Below the pieces are notes generated by a model. The model was given only the letters and a program-made list of their open reading frames with translations, ran no database searches and was not told the DNA's origin. From an uncultured Bryobacteraceae bacterium (GTDB lineage: Bacteria; Acidobacteriota; Terriglobia; Bryobacterales; Bryobacteraceae): 64,000 nt of DNA. A program made the position numbers and the translations under genes. Position 1 is the stretch's first letter, and every line of letters begins with the position of its first letter. The stretch spans positions 7,217 through 71,216 of the forward strand of contig CAMTUE010000004.1 of NCBI GenBank assembly GCA_947084845.1, in the 5' to 3' direction. Below, piece by piece: positions 63,656 to 64,000 of this stretch.

Positions 63656-64000
63656 ATGGATCGCCCTCGACCGGACATGAACCATCGCTACCGTTTCGGA
63701 TTCGGCGTGGCCGCGCTGCTGGTCCTCACCGCACTGGTGATCTGGCAGGGGTCCTTCACCGTCGGCGATTACGGTCCGCGGACCCCCGATCAAACCTACG
63801 TCTACTGGGGTCTCTCGACGCTCATCTTCCTGATGACGGTCCTGCTCGCCTTCATGCTCTTCCGCGACGCGGTGAAACTCTACACCGCGCGGCGCGCCGG
63901 GCAGGAAGGCTCGCGCATCCGGACAAAGATCCTGGTCGGCGCCCTCACGCTGACCTTCCTGCCGACCATCTTCCTGGTCCTTTGGAGCGTCGAAGTCCTC
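63656..64000 (+). CDS. membrane protein N-terminus, probably an NtrY-like sensor kinase (truncated by window)
   Basis: ATG 63656 opens a frame that runs to the window end (115 codons): MDRPRPDMNHRYRFGFGVAALLVLTALVIW..LIFLMTVLLAFMLFRDAVKLYTARRAGQEGSRIRTKILVGALTLTFLPTIFL. This resembles NtrY N-termini. Function call is weak. Confidence 0.5.
   Translation, partial: MDRPRPDMNHRYRFGFGVAALLVLTALVIWQGSFTVGDYGPRTPDQTYVYWGLSTLIFLMTVLLAFMLFRDAVKLYTARRAGQEGSRIRTKILVGALTLTFLPTIFLVLWSVEVL

Overview
GC-rich bacterial chromosomal segment. Gene content suggests an Acidobacteriota-type genome: two TonB-dependent receptors with CarboxypepD_reg-like N-termini, an Acidobacteria-type VWFA protein, YfhO and many secreted peptidases. 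The taxon call is inference only. I support about 48 protein-coding genes. I saw no rRNA, tRNA, CRISPR array, transposase or integrase. Ordinary content includes trpC (partial), a ROK-like / PIG-L / sugar-isomerase trio, ilvE, nagA, rnr, aguB-aguA, an AlkA-like glycosylase, two Nudix hydrolases, M48, M14 and matrixin-like peptidases, an Nramp transporter and two TonB receptors. Two blocks deserve a second look. (1) 5097-19118 is an eight-gene, translationally coupled MoxR / DUF58 / BatA / VWA operon. It is extended by a DUF4159 protein, a caspase/legumain-like protein that seems to lack its catalytic Cys, a TPR + HExxH peptidase with a near-perfect 39-bp in-frame tandem repeat, and a 1228-aa coiled-coil protein with GQQ tracts. 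(2) 40056-46503 has a well-spaced sigma-54 -24/-12 promoter, with an IHF-like site and upstream inverted repeats. It sits in front of a membrane-anchored GcvH-like protein, a four-cluster ferredoxin without a Tat signal and an NrfD/HybB-like membrane subunit. A sensor kinase with heme-c-type Cys..Cys-His motifs, a GAFTGA sigma-54 activator and an archaemetzincin-like gene follow directly. No catalytic subunit is present, so this is my best candidate for an uncharacterised regulated redox module. Other items: RelE/RHH and VapBC toxin-antitoxin pairs (the VapBC pair is fused into an operon with a U32 peptidase and a Nudix gene), an Nramp-USP fusion, a secreted FecR / Trp-rich protein with a roughly 480-aa G/S/R-rich tail, a structured repeat element after ilvE, leaderless-type divergent junctions, and local GC troughs inside two genes. 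All family calls come from motif recognition by eye; no searches were run.
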